The translations under genes were made by a program, and so were the position numbers. From Candidatus Latescibacterota bacterium (lineage in GTDB: Bacteria > Latescibacterota > UBA2968 > GCA-2709665), in the NCBI GenBank assembly GCA_965226795.1, contig CBDDDZ010000004.1:32001-96000 (forward strand): DNA of 64,000 bases. The letters are read 5' to 3'. The first letter of the stretch is position 1. Each line of letters begins with the position of its first letter. Below the pieces are notes generated by a model, which saw only the letters and a program-made list of their open reading frames with translations, was not told the origin of the DNA and ran no database searches. Below, in pieces: positions 40,745 to 49,895 of the stretch.

Positions 40745-43149
40745 TCAACCTGACGATCCTTCTTTGCCGAAGGCGTTGGCAAAGATTAGAAAGTCACCAA
40801 AACCAATAGTGGCGTCCTCATCCAGATCGTACCGCGGGTCGAATCCCGCGTCGTCCTGACTCAGCCCGAACTGCCGCAAACCGCGTGAAATCGCCAAACC
40901 CGACACTGCCGTCTCCGTCAAAGTCAGGCGAAGGCACGGCTCTGACGACGAATGTCTCCGACTGGTCCATCCCTACGACGGTCACCTCTACAGTGATGGT
41001 GCCCAGTTCCCGTCCGACCGTCAAACTGCTCGATGCCCGGCCGCTCCAACCGGTCTCCGTGGTCTCTACAGTCGTCCCATTTCCTGAGACGACAGCAAAC
41101 CTGACCCGCGCGCCAGCCAGGGGAGCACCGTCTGATCCCTTACCACGACCACAAACGGGTGCTCTATTTGCCAACCCGAAACCCTTTCTGTTCGCCAGCC
41201 GAGACTCTCTCCAACGCATGGGGCCACGGCAGGAAAATCCGCATATCCCACAGCAGCACGGTTCCGTCCCAGGAGAGAGAAGCCAGGGTAGCTCCGTCGG
41301 GCAAAAACACAACGGAGTTGGAACCCTTGCGACCGCCCAGATTTGCGATCTTTTCTCCCTCCGTCGCGTCCCAAAGCTGGATCCCGCCCCCAACCTCGCC
41401 GGCAGCCAGCGTAGACCCGTCAGATGAAAACGCCACTGAACGGATCTCTTCTCCGTGCCCTTCAAGCGTGGAGATCTCATCTCCGGCCTCCACATCCCAC
41501 AGCAGAATCTTATTGTCGGATGCACCGGATGCCAGGATAGACCCGTCAGGCGAAAATGCCAAAGAACGAACCCCATCGGTGTGCCCGTCCAGAATGGCGA
41601 TTCGCTCTCTCGCCGCCACGTCCCACAACTGAACCGTTTCATCATACGAGCCGGAAGCCAGGGTGTACCCTTCCGGCGAAAACACGACTGAAGTAACCCT
41701 ATCAGCGTGTCCATCCAGGGTGGCAATATCAATTCGCGTCGCCAGGTTCCATAGCTTGACCGTCCTGTCGATTGAACCGGAAGCCAACAGGGTTCCGTCG
41801 GGCGAGAAAGCCAGTGACAGGATGTCAGACTTATGTCCCTTCAACGTGAGGATCCGTTTTCGGGTCGCTACGTCCCAAAGCTGGATCGTCTCGTCCTCGG
41901 CGCCAACCGCCAACCTGGCTCCGTCCGGCGAGAAAGCCAGCGAGTGGACCACACCAGGTTCCCCCTTCAGGTTGGCGATCTCTTCATGGGTTGCCACATC
42001 CCAGAGCTGGATCGCACCCCCAACTTCACCGGCAGCCAACGTAACCCCATCCGGCGAAAACGCCATAGTGACGATATTTTTGTGACCAACGAACGTCTCT
42101 GTAAATCCCGTCTCAACATTCCGCACCCGAACCACACCGTCCGTTGCCAAGGAAACAAGCGTGCCCCCGTCGGGTGAAAACGCCACCGATCCTACCGAAC
42201 CACCAGGTTCCACAATCCTGGTGATTTTTTTTCGGGTCGCCAGATCCCAAATCACAATTGTACCATCGAAAGACCCGGATGCCAGTGTACCGTCGGGGAA
42301 AAACGTGAGTGAATTCACGAATCGACTGTGACCCGACAGCCGGGTTATCCTCTTTCGGGCCTCCACGTCCCATAACACGATCGTTTTATCCCAGGAACCG
42401 GAAGCGAGCGTGGATCCGTCCCGTGAAAACGCAACTGAACTTATCCGATCTGTGTGACCCAGAAACGTGTAGACCAGTGCCTGCGCCGCCACGTCCCAGA
42501 GTTTGACGCGCTTATCCACCGATCCGGAAGCCAGAATCGACCCATCAGGCGAAAATGCCAAAGAACTTACCCGATCTTTATGTCCCTCCAGCGTTCCCTT
42601 CCTTGTTTGCGTGGATAGATCCCACAGCGAAATCTCATTGTCCTGTGTGCCCACAGCCAGCGTGTGTCCGTCGGGCGAAAACGCCAACGAGTTAACTCTG
42701 ATCCACCTCGGTCCTTGAAGGGTGGCAATGCGCGTTCCCGTCTTGACCTCCCATAGCTCGATCATGCCACTGGTTAATCCGGAAGCGAGCGTCGTTCCAT
42801 CCGGGGAAAATGCCACTGAATATGCATTTTCCTCTGACGGTAACAGTGTTATGAGGCGAGAGGGCTCCACCTCGTACAACCACAAACCGAGGGACCCGAC
42901 GAGGGCGAAGTATCGGCCACTCGGAGAGAAGGCCAACGAGCGATCGCTTTCACTGACGTGTCCCTTGCCCAGACGGGCGATGGCACCATCAGGCAAATGC
43001 CAGGTCTGAAAGTCACCATCCATGACTGGCGGGACAGGCGACAGGGTTTGCTGAGCAAAGGCGCTTCCGGCATACAGGATGAAAGGAAATGCGACAACGC
43101 TTGCGATCAACTTGCGTAAGACTGTGGTTAACGGGCTTACCAGGTTCAT
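40745..43149 (-). pseudogene. Secreted WD40-repeat protein (14 repeats) plus Big-1-like Ig domain and dockerin-like tail, three frameshifts (about 41183, 41131, 40872)
   Basis: ORF 41164..43149 continues in other frames as HPFVVVVRDQ, then GAPLAGARVRFAV...PDFDGDGSVGFGDF, then FGLSQDDAGFDPRYDLDEDATIGFGDFLIFANAFGKEGSSG-stop at 40745. Confidence 0.85.
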
Positions 43150-43287
43150 CTGGTATACCTCCGATCAATTGACAGACTTTTGAATCCTTCAATCACTTGC
43201 CGCATCGATGTCCCTTTCTGACCAAATCACAACCCGTGAAGTCTTGCCCGCCTGATACGCCCGTTGTTAAAGACAGGCACAGCGGGT

Positions 43288-43332
43288 TCAAGATTCACGC
43301 TTGCCGAAGGCTTTGGCGAAAACCAGGAAATC
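43288..43332 (-). pseudogene. 3-prime remnant of a lost dockerin-like-domain gene
   Basis: Reads DFLVFAKAFGKRES-stop, matching the tails DFLIFASAFGKEASST and DFLIFANAFGKEGSSG of the neighbouring genes. Confidence 0.8.
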
Positions 43333-43594
43333 GCGTCGACTCAATTGCGATTTGCGGGGTCAGATCGAGAAACCGAATTCCCGGATACGAGACCGCATGA
43401 ACCATCCACGCATCAACTGAACAAGGTAAGACGAGCCGCTGGTACTCAACTGATTTCGCAACTTCCCAACATGAAATCGCACTCACACCGAGACCTTGAG
43501 ACTCATATTGTTCCAGCCACGCCACTTGCAATCTGGTGAGGCGAACGTCTCCGTGAACCCACCAGATCCAGATATGCGTATCCAGCACAATCAT
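43295..43594 (-). pseudogene. vapC: VapC PIN-domain toxin, C-terminally truncated
   Basis: MIVLDTHIWIWW, VSAISCWEVA. The conserved D-P-x-D segment expected after STRxPG is missing. Confidence 0.85.
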
Positions 43595-43805
43595 TGTGAC
43601 ACGCTCCAATCTCCATCCGCAACCGGTTCCGTCGGATCAAGATATTTTATCGGTGTGCCGCGCAGTGGATAGCGGTCTTTCTCGTTGCGTTTTGACGAGC
43701 ACTGGGAAATAATGACTCAACCGCCTCTCCTGCCTGGAAAGGCAGATCCTCCAGTACTACCGTTCTGTCCTCGCGTACAACCGTTTCAACGCGATGGGCA
43801 TTCAT
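43591..43805 (-). pseudogene. Putative antitoxin upstream of vapC, 1-nt frameshift at about 43716
   Basis: SD GGAGG, then MNAHRVETVVREDRTVVLEDLPFQAGEAVE / VIISQ...YPLRGTPIKYLDPTEPVADGDW. Stop overlaps the vapC ATG (ATGA). Confidence 0.75.
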
Positions 43806-44064
43806 TTCGCTCACCTCCAGATTTTGGCCTCAACCGTGAGCTATTGAAAAGGCTCGGTCGTCAGTGACAACACTGAACAATTTTAGATTTCACGGAGTGG
43901 CGTACGTCCTGTCGCTGACTTGCCTGCGGATTCGTCCGTGCCGGACGTGAGACATCAGGTAAGATCACGGAAAAGGAAGAAAATCGGACGCTTCCCCGAA
44001 ATACCCGGCCCCAAGGCATGGCTCCTTTTCTTAGGGAATTATATACAAAAGTAAACGTTTTTCC

Positions 44065-44093
44065 TTGACAACCACCAAAATTTTGTTTATCTT
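44065..44093 (+). promoter_or_regulatory. Transposase promoter
   Basis: TTGACA-17nt-TATCTT just inside the left TIR. SD GGAGG before ATG 44135. Confidence 0.7.
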
Positions 44094-44134
44094 TCTACTG
44101 TAATTAATAAGCAATTGATTCTTTGGAGGTTATC

Positions 44135-45073
44135 ATGAGACACAAAGCGCCGGGAAGATCAGACAGAGAAGGCATTACGTTGATTCAGCTATTCGACAAA
44201 TTCCCGAATGATGAGGTAGCTGAACAGTGGTTTATTGAAAAACGTTGGAACAACAACATCCACTGTGCGCATTGTGACAGCCTGCGTATTAAGCGCAATG
44301 GCGGCCATCCGACAATGCCTTATCATTGCATGGATTGCCGCAAGTTTTTCTCTGTCAAAACCGGCACACTCATGCAATCGTCAAAGATCGGTTATCGCAA
44401 GTGGGCAATAGCGATCTATCTTATGACAACCGGGATAAAGGGAACATCCAGTATGAAGTTGCACCGGGATATTGGCGTGACCCAAAAGACCGCTTGGCAC
44501 ATGGCCCACAGAATCCGGGAAACATTCGATAGAGGGGAAGCGATGTTCGCCGGTCCGGTAGAGGTTGACGAAACCTTCATCGGCGGAAAGGAACGGAACA
44601 AGCATGCCAGCGAGAAGCTGAACGCTGGCCGTGGTACTATTGGCAAGACCGCCGTTGTGGGAGCGAGAGACCGGGAAACGAACAAGGTTGATGCTGAAGT
44701 ATCGCACGTGATTGACGGACCGGCCCTGAAGGGCTTTGTTGGTCGCCATGCAGAGAAGGGCGCAACCGTATATACAGACGAGGCAGCAGCCTATAAGGGA
44801 CTGTCAGGGGTGCATCACAAAGCAGTAAAGCATGGTGTTGGGAAATACGCTCAGGGGCAGGCGCATACAAATGGCATTGAATCTTTTTGGTCATTGCTCA
44901 AGCGGGGATACTACGGAACCTATCACAAGATGAGTGATCAACACTTGAAACGTTATGTCAACGAATTCAGCGGAAGGCACAACATCCGAGATCTGGATAC
45001 AGCCGATCAGATGGCGGACGTTGTGATTAATATGGTTGGTAAGAGGTTGCGGTATAAGGATCTTATTGCTTAA
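44135..45073 (+). CDS. IS1595 family (ISXO2-like) DDE transposase
   Basis: Zn ribbon CAHC...CMDC, GVTQKTAWHM HTH, VEVDETFIGG, VYTDE, HTNGIESFWSLLKR, YVNEFSGRHN. Confidence 0.96.
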   Translation: MRHKAPGRSDREGITLIQLFDKFPNDEVAEQWFIEKRWNNNIHCAHCDSLRIKRNGGHPTMPYHCMDCRKFFSVKTGTLMQSSKIGYRKWAIAIYLMTTGIKGTSSMKLHRDIGVTQKTAWHMAHRIRETFDRGEAMFAGPVEVDETFIGGKERNKHASEKLNAGRGTIGKTAVVGARDRETNKVDAEVSHVIDGPALKGFVGRHAEKGATVYTDEAAAYKGLSGVHHKAVKHGVGKYAQGQAHTNGIESFWSLLKRGYYGTYHKMSDQHLKRYVNEFSGRHNIRDLDTADQMADVVINMVGKRLRYKDLIA

Positions 45074-45231
45074 CTGTTGAGAATTGCATCTCTTACTGCT
45101 TTGATTGTCTTTTCGTTGTCCTCTTTCACTTGCCCAAGAACCTTGGCAGTGGAGTCGTCTACCGCTCCCTGAATGACATCCGCCAACGCAGATGCAAGCA
45201 CCTGAACCTTGCCGTTAAGTCTATCACTCAT
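45070..45231 (-). CDS. IS cargo: 53-aa helical hypothetical protein
   Basis: Manual translation MSDRLNGKVQVLASALADVIQGAVDDSTAKVLGQVKEDNEKTIKAVRDAILNS. G-rich SD. Shares TTAA with the transposase stop. Confidence 0.55.
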   Translation of the reverse strand: MSDRLNGKVQVLASALADVIQGAVDDSTAKVLGQVKEDNEKTIKAVRDAILNS

Positions 45232-45246
45232 TTTCCGATCCCCCTT

Positions 45247-45402
45247 TTATGCCGTTTTCTTCTCCAGGTACCGCCATTGTGACGTATCCTTAACTGGCGT
45301 TCGCATTAGAACCTTAACCACATCTTCACCGTCCCGGTCGATCTTTTCCGGCATCGGTTTCTCTACTGGCCTTCCACGCTTGCGAGTCTTTTGAGTTTCC
45401 AC
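45247..45402 (-). CDS. IS cargo: about 51-aa basic protein with AT-hook-like KRGRP motif
   Basis: Manual translation METQKTRKRGRPVEKPMPEKIDRDGEDVVKVLMRTPVKDTSQWRYLEKKTA. Upstream minus-strand TTTACA-17-TATATT at 45457-45485. Confidence 0.6.
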   Translation of the reverse strand: METQKTRKRGRPVEKPMPEKIDRDGEDVVKVLMRTPVKDTSQWRYLEKKTA

Positions 45403-45679
45403 CGCGCCCCCCTTTTGGGCCATTTCATGAATAGAATTATCTATGTAACATCCTATAATATAAGAAGATATGGCTCAATTGTAAAGCTATAAATATTTAG
45501 GTATTGCCCCCCCCATTGTGGTTATTATCTACTGAAAAGATACTGAAAAGATATTCAAATGACAAGTAAAAATCTCATAATCAATGTCGCATTGTCAGGC
45601 AATTTTTTCTGGCCTATTGTGGGGGTTTAATATGAATGGGCAACAGTCGGACTTGCAATTGCGGCAAGAGTTTCTATGC

Positions 45680-46045
45680 TCATGGTGTTACCCTCCATCT
45701 GATAGTGATTCCCTTCAAGATTCTGTCGTTACCCAGAATCCCAAAAGTCATAAACTCCTCAATCTCCAAGCTTGTATCTTTCTGGGGAGAATCTAAAATA
45801 ATCGCATGCGCGCCTATCTTCATGCCCTTCTTTTGTAGCCTGTTTACCATATCGGTATACGCGTCTGAAGATCCCTTTGTTTCGAGTATGGCGATCTTCT
45901 CAAACGGTTTCTTGGGAGTCTCAAAAAGTATTTCAACGGATTGCGTTGGCGGGAAGGTTTCCCCATGGCGAACCATGGCAACCTTCGTTGGCGCAGCTAA
46001 ACAACCGCTAACAAGCAGAGAAACAACTACTATCAAAGTTCGCAT
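45680..46045 (-). CDS. IS cargo: putative lipoprotein (possibly YbjQ-like fold)
   Basis: Lipobox LVSG-C, SD GAGG, LQKKGMKIGAHAIIL. Confidence 0.7.
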   Translation of the reverse strand: MRTLIVVVSLLVSGCLAAPTKVAMVRHGETFPPTQSVEILFETPKKPFEKIAILETKGSSDAYTDMVNRLQKKGMKIGAHAIILDSPQKDTSLEIEEFMTFGILGNDRILKGITIRWRVTP

Positions 46046-46238
46046 GTCCTTATCCTCGATGAAGGTTCTTTATTAGATCTGATTGGAACACTTACCCACA
46101 AGTCAACCTGTCAGTAACCGAACCGGCAGGCTGATTTTGTTTGTATAATTTGTTGACAACTGCTGATAATTTCTTATATTTATGGTGGTTACATTCCCTT
46201 AAGAAGGTTTCTAAAAAATTGGCGACCCCATGAAAAGG

Positions 46239-46344
46239 GCCGCGCCCTGGGGGATTACCCAACCAACTTGGATCCCTCATTGCAGTCGGCACCATGGCCG
46301 ACTTGAGAGCGTTGGTACACTTAAGAACCCAGGGCGCGGCTTTT
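46239..46344. ncRNA. Candidate structured RNA (long nested stem-loop) inside the IS1595 element
   Basis: 13-bp perfect closing stem GCCGCGCCCTGGG/CCCAGGGCGCGGC, with inner helices ACCAAC/GTTGGT, CTCA/TGAG and AGTCGGC/GCCGACT. Plus-strand TTGACA-16-TATATT at 46153-46180 and TTTT after the stem. Confidence 0.45.
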
Positions 46345-46409
46345 GCTATAAATAGAAAATTGGGACATTCCAACGAAGTGGTTAATATGTAGGAGGTATA
46401 GCTAAATGA

Positions 46410-46613
46410 TCAGCTTTGATTGGAAATCTGCTGTGCCGCATTCTTCAGGACATTGGCCAACTCAAGGGCTTGATAAGCCTCTAGACCACAATAAAACTCG
46501 ATTTTTTGCAAGTGCGGTTTGGGACCTACAGACTCAAGTTTTAATAGAACAGCGTCATGCTCCAACCGAACTTCATAATGTGTAGCTACTCCAACGTGCG
46601 GTTTTTTAGACAC
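46410..46613 (-). CDS. IS cargo: 67-aa hypothetical protein
   Basis: GTG start with strong SD AAGGAGG. Confidence 0.6.
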   Translation of the reverse strand: MSKKPHVGVATHYEVRLEHDAVLLKLESVGPKPHLQKIEFYCGLEAYQALELANVLKNAAQQISNQS

Positions 46614-46786
46614 AATCCCCTCCTTGCAGAAAAACCTTTCCTGGTTTCATTGAACAAGTCCATTTTCAGCTTCCATGTTGATCTTGCTGGAGGGTTGTGC
46701 TTGGTATCTGATGAAAAGATTTACGAATAACAAGTAAAAATCCCACTATATGTTAGTTGTTTACTTTTGTATATAATCCCCTTTTC

Positions 46787-47074
46787 TTACGCTGCTTGTG
46801 GCTTGACGTAAATCTCGACCTGCATCCCCGCCCGCGTTAACATATTTATCAGTTTATCCACACTAAAGCGACCAATATCCCCCTTCATCAAGTTGCTGAT
46901 TCGCGGTTGTGACTCGCCGAAGAATTCAGCAGCCTGACGTTGCGTCCACCCGTTGGCTTCAATGAACTTTCTCAGGTCGAGCATTAAATCGGCCCGGACC
47001 TTTAAGCTCGCCGCTTCTGCCCGATCAAAACCGATATCTTCGAAAACACTATCGCGGCCCTGGATCACTTCCAT
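46787..47074 (-). CDS. XRE-family HTH protein (HigA-like antitoxin, HTH_37 type)
   Basis: SVFEDIGF, WTQRQAAEFFGESQPRISNLMKG, FSVDKLINML. Confidence 0.88.
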   Translation of the reverse strand: MEVIQGRDSVFEDIGFDRAEAASLKVRADLMLDLRKFIEANGWTQRQAAEFFGESQPRISNLMKGDIGRFSVDKLINMLTRAGMQVEIYVKPQAA

Positions 47075-47365
47075 AGCGTTCTCTCCTTATCTGCCTTGCC
47101 TGTGTCTGATCAGTGTTCGGTAATGTTGCCGGCCAATCTGTTCAACATACGACAAATATACCTGATTCGGCATACAAGACAACTGCACCGCCTGCAGTTG
47201 ATCCAGATTCACTTACCATGAACGGAATCAACTCCTTCTGGTTCAGTCGGTTATCCAGAGACGGTCGTCTTGACATCCCGGGCCTGCTAACGCTGAAAGA
47301 AGAACGGCGTTGCATAGAGCAACGCCGCGTGCATTTGTGCCATTGTGTATGGACGGTTGTTCGGG

Positions 47366-48508
47366 TCAGACCTTGATTTCCCACAGGTATCCGCTGCGGT
47401 AGGGGCTGTCGTTCTCCCCGGCGTAGATTGTGCCGTCGGGCGTCACAGCAACGTCGTGGACCTGCCAGCAGTCGGCGTCCCCGTCGGACACGGTCCCCAA
47501 CAGATCCCACGATTCCGAATCGGCGTCGAATCGGATCACCTCGCACTTTCCGTCCCGTCCGGTCACGCCGTAGGCGGCCCCGTCGGGTCCGGGCTTAAGT
47601 GTTGTCAGCCTGCTGCGCCGGTCTGCAACGGGCGTACCCAGGTACGTGCCCATCCCGGTTTCCGTATCGATCCGGTAAATCGACCCGTTGGCGCCGCTGG
47701 CGAACATACGGCCTTCTCCCAGGTTGAAGATACCCTCAACTTTTTCATACCCGTAGCTGCCGTCCGGCTTGAGAAGGCCCGCATCGTAATACTCGATCCT
47801 GTCCGTTTCAGGGTTGAACTTGCACAGCCGGTTGCGGTCCACCCCCGCGAAATTCTGCCACGCCCGCGTCACGCTCCAGCCGCACCAGACGCATCCTTCG
47901 TCGTCCAGTTCGACGTTCTCACCCTGGGCCATTTCCATTCCGCTGCTGATCGGCCCCAGGTCGTCCGAACGCCCGTCAGCGAGGTTGAACCGGAACATCC
48001 GCTCCGGCGTAAACGTCATCCCGTAGATCAGGCCGCGTTCCTGGTCCAGGCAGATCGACTGGATGTACATATGGGGCATGGGAACCGCGATCTTCTGGAG
48101 TTCGCCCGTAGCCGGATCGTATTTTACAATCGCTCCGCCGGGCGCTTCCCAGTACCGATCGATATCGTGCAGGAGCGCTATTGCGCCGTACAGACACCCG
48201 TCTTTCTCCCACCTGACCAGCGACCTGTGGAACTTGGCGTCGAACGGATTGGCGACTTTTGCGTACCCCAGATCCACGAACTCGCCGGTCGCGCGATCAT
48301 AGGCGCGGAATATGTCGGCGTTGAAGGAAGTAATCCCCAGGTAAACGCGGTCGTCATCCGCGTTGTGATACACACTGTCCATGCTGATCCAGCCCTCGCG
48401 CCAGGCCGAATCCGACCGGAAATCGTTGTATTCCCAGCGATCCTCGACCTCCTCGTCCCACTGGTCGCCGTAGTTCACATCCTGCAACCTGAGTGCCTTG
48501 ACCTGCAT
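47366..48508 (-). CDS. Hypothetical beta-propeller protein
   Basis: Repeated YDxxTG..DLG / GPDG-Y motifs. SD AAGGAG. No signal peptide. Confidence 0.75.
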   Translation of the reverse strand: MQVKALRLQDVNYGDQWDEEVEDRWEYNDFRSDSAWREGWISMDSVYHNADDDRVYLGITSFNADIFRAYDRATGEFVDLGYAKVANPFDAKFHRSLVRWEKDGCLYGAIALLHDIDRYWEAPGGAIVKYDPATGELQKIAVPMPHMYIQSICLDQERGLIYGMTFTPERMFRFNLADGRSDDLGPISSGMEMAQGENVELDDEGCVWCGWSVTRAWQNFAGVDRNRLCKFNPETDRIEYYDAGLLKPDGSYGYEKVEGIFNLGEGRMFASGANGSIYRIDTETGMGTYLGTPVADRRSRLTTLKPGPDGAAYGVTGRDGKCEVIRFDADSESWDLLGTVSDGDADCWQVHDVAVTPDGTIYAGENDSPYRSGYLWEIKV

Positions 48509-48570
48509 CTGATTCTCCTTTCATGTTCATGTCGACGGTCTCACGGAATCCCGCCTCATCCCGCTTGCGC

Positions 48571-49815
48571 TTACACAGCCTCGCTGATCTTGTTCAACGC
48601 CCGGAAAAATTCGTCAAATACCTCCACGATGGCGGCCGCGATCTCGTGCTCTTTACCCTCTTGCCACTTGTCCGGCGTCAACCGGGCAAACGCCTTTGTG
48701 CCCTCGATCTCCGCCGGGGACAGCGGATCTCCCTTCAACTCGTCCAGGATCATCAAGGGATCCTCAACCGTCTCACCGGTCTTGATCTTCCAGAATGTAC
48801 GGAAGGGCATACGGAAGAAACTGTTGCCGATCCGCCCCAATTCGTTCTGAATCAGCCACGTAGTATCGAAGTGGGATGGCGCGTGTCCGTAAAAGTGGAG
48901 GCGGCCCTTCATCAGGCGTGAGAACTTGGCATTGTCGAAAATCACGAGCGATGGATCCACCGGCACCTCCTGAAGCGCCGACTTCCATGCGCCCATATCC
49001 GTGCCCGCCTCCTCGGGAATCAGCGTCACCGCATTCCTCAACCGCTCCAGTATGACGCCCAGCGCCTCTTCCAGTACATCCTCCAGTTGCGTCAGGCGGG
49101 GCTCCTCGTACCACTCAGGTATCTCGTATTGCGCGTGCAGAATCTCCCTGATGAGGTCCCAGCAGCGCAACCCTGGAAAATAACGTTCCGCGATCTCGTA
49201 CGCATCCAGCTTCCCGCAAATATTCCGCTTCTCCAGCACGCAGACGGCCGAGTGAACCGGCGGATTGAAATAATGCATGATCCGGCTGTGCAGCGGGTAC
49301 TTGTTTTCATGTACTCCCAGGTTGATCGCGGGATCGATCGTCCGGTTGTAGCGTCCGTAATACAGGCAGAACTTTTTCAGATGAAAGTACTCGTCCTTTT
49401 CATCCCACGGCCTCCGCGCGAGTTTGTCCAAAGCCGCGCCGAGTCTTTTCTGATCTTCGGTGAGATAGTACGTCCACTGATGGTATTCCGGATAGTAGTT
49501 CCGTTCCGACGTCAGTTCAGACCAGGTCAGATTCACGCCAGGCAGGTGCTCGAAGTTGCGCGCCCAGCAGGGGTATTTCTCGCAAAGCCTCAGGTGCGTC
49601 TCTCCCATCACCGTGGACAGTTGGCACCAGTCGTCCACCGTCATGCCGTCGTTCACGATAAACCGCGTGTCGAAATCGCTCATGCCCGGCAGCAGGTCGC
49701 GGAACATCCACTTACCCGCGATCGCCTCGATCTTGTCGCAATGGTAACGGCACGCTTCGTAGTACGTCCGGATATAGTCCGCAAAGTCGTTCTCCGGCCC
49801 GGGTGCGAATTTCAT
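48571..49815 (-). CDS. Hypothetical protein with nucleotidyltransferase-like motif
   Basis: 414-aa ORF with SD AAGGAGG and DLLPGMSDFDTRFIV. Confidence 0.65.
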   Translation of the reverse strand: MKFAPGPENDFADYIRTYYEACRYHCDKIEAIAGKWMFRDLLPGMSDFDTRFIVNDGMTVDDWCQLSTVMGETHLRLCEKYPCWARNFEHLPGVNLTWSELTSERNYYPEYHQWTYYLTEDQKRLGAALDKLARRPWDEKDEYFHLKKFCLYYGRYNRTIDPAINLGVHENKYPLHSRIMHYFNPPVHSAVCVLEKRNICGKLDAYEIAERYFPGLRCWDLIREILHAQYEIPEWYEEPRLTQLEDVLEEALGVILERLRNAVTLIPEEAGTDMGAWKSALQEVPVDPSLVIFDNAKFSRLMKGRLHFYGHAPSHFDTTWLIQNELGRIGNSFFRMPFRTFWKIKTGETVEDPLMILDELKGDPLSPAEIEGTKAFARLTPDKWQEGKEHEIAAAIVEVFDEFFRALNKISEAV

Positions 49816-49895
49816 CGCTCCTCCTTCATGGTGTCCCGTCCCAGAAATATGTCACCATTCATCCGCCGATTCATCCCGTCTCGCAGCGTTGTTTT

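Larger units (their letters stand above)
44034..46781 (+). mobile_element. Complete IS1595-family element carrying passenger genes, 2748 bp
   Basis: 23-bp TIRs GGGAATTATATACAAAAGTAAAC (44034-44056) and GTTTACTTTTGTATATAATCCCC (46759-46781) with 1 mismatch. 8-bp TSD TTTTCTTA at 44026-44033 and 46782-46789. Visibly lower GC. Confidence 0.95.

Noticed and set aside
38870..43000. Regularly spaced DNA repeats as a CRISPR or guide array
   Set aside because: The 126-bp period is in-frame WD40 coding sequence, with no repeat-spacer structure or cas genes.
45530..45551. Tandem TACTGAAAAGA x2
   Set aside because: Only two copies in AT-rich DNA, not enough to call an operator or iteron.
46092..46373. 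93-aa minus-strand ORF in the IS
   Set aside because: TTG start without SD and no motif. The region is better explained by promoter plus RNA structure, though coding is not fully excluded.
47345..48850. Long plus-strand ORF (501 aa) and similar antisense ORFs such as 13754..15019, 51977..53317 and 59221..60567
   Set aside because: Shadow frames of real genes in high-GC DNA, with no recognisable motifs.
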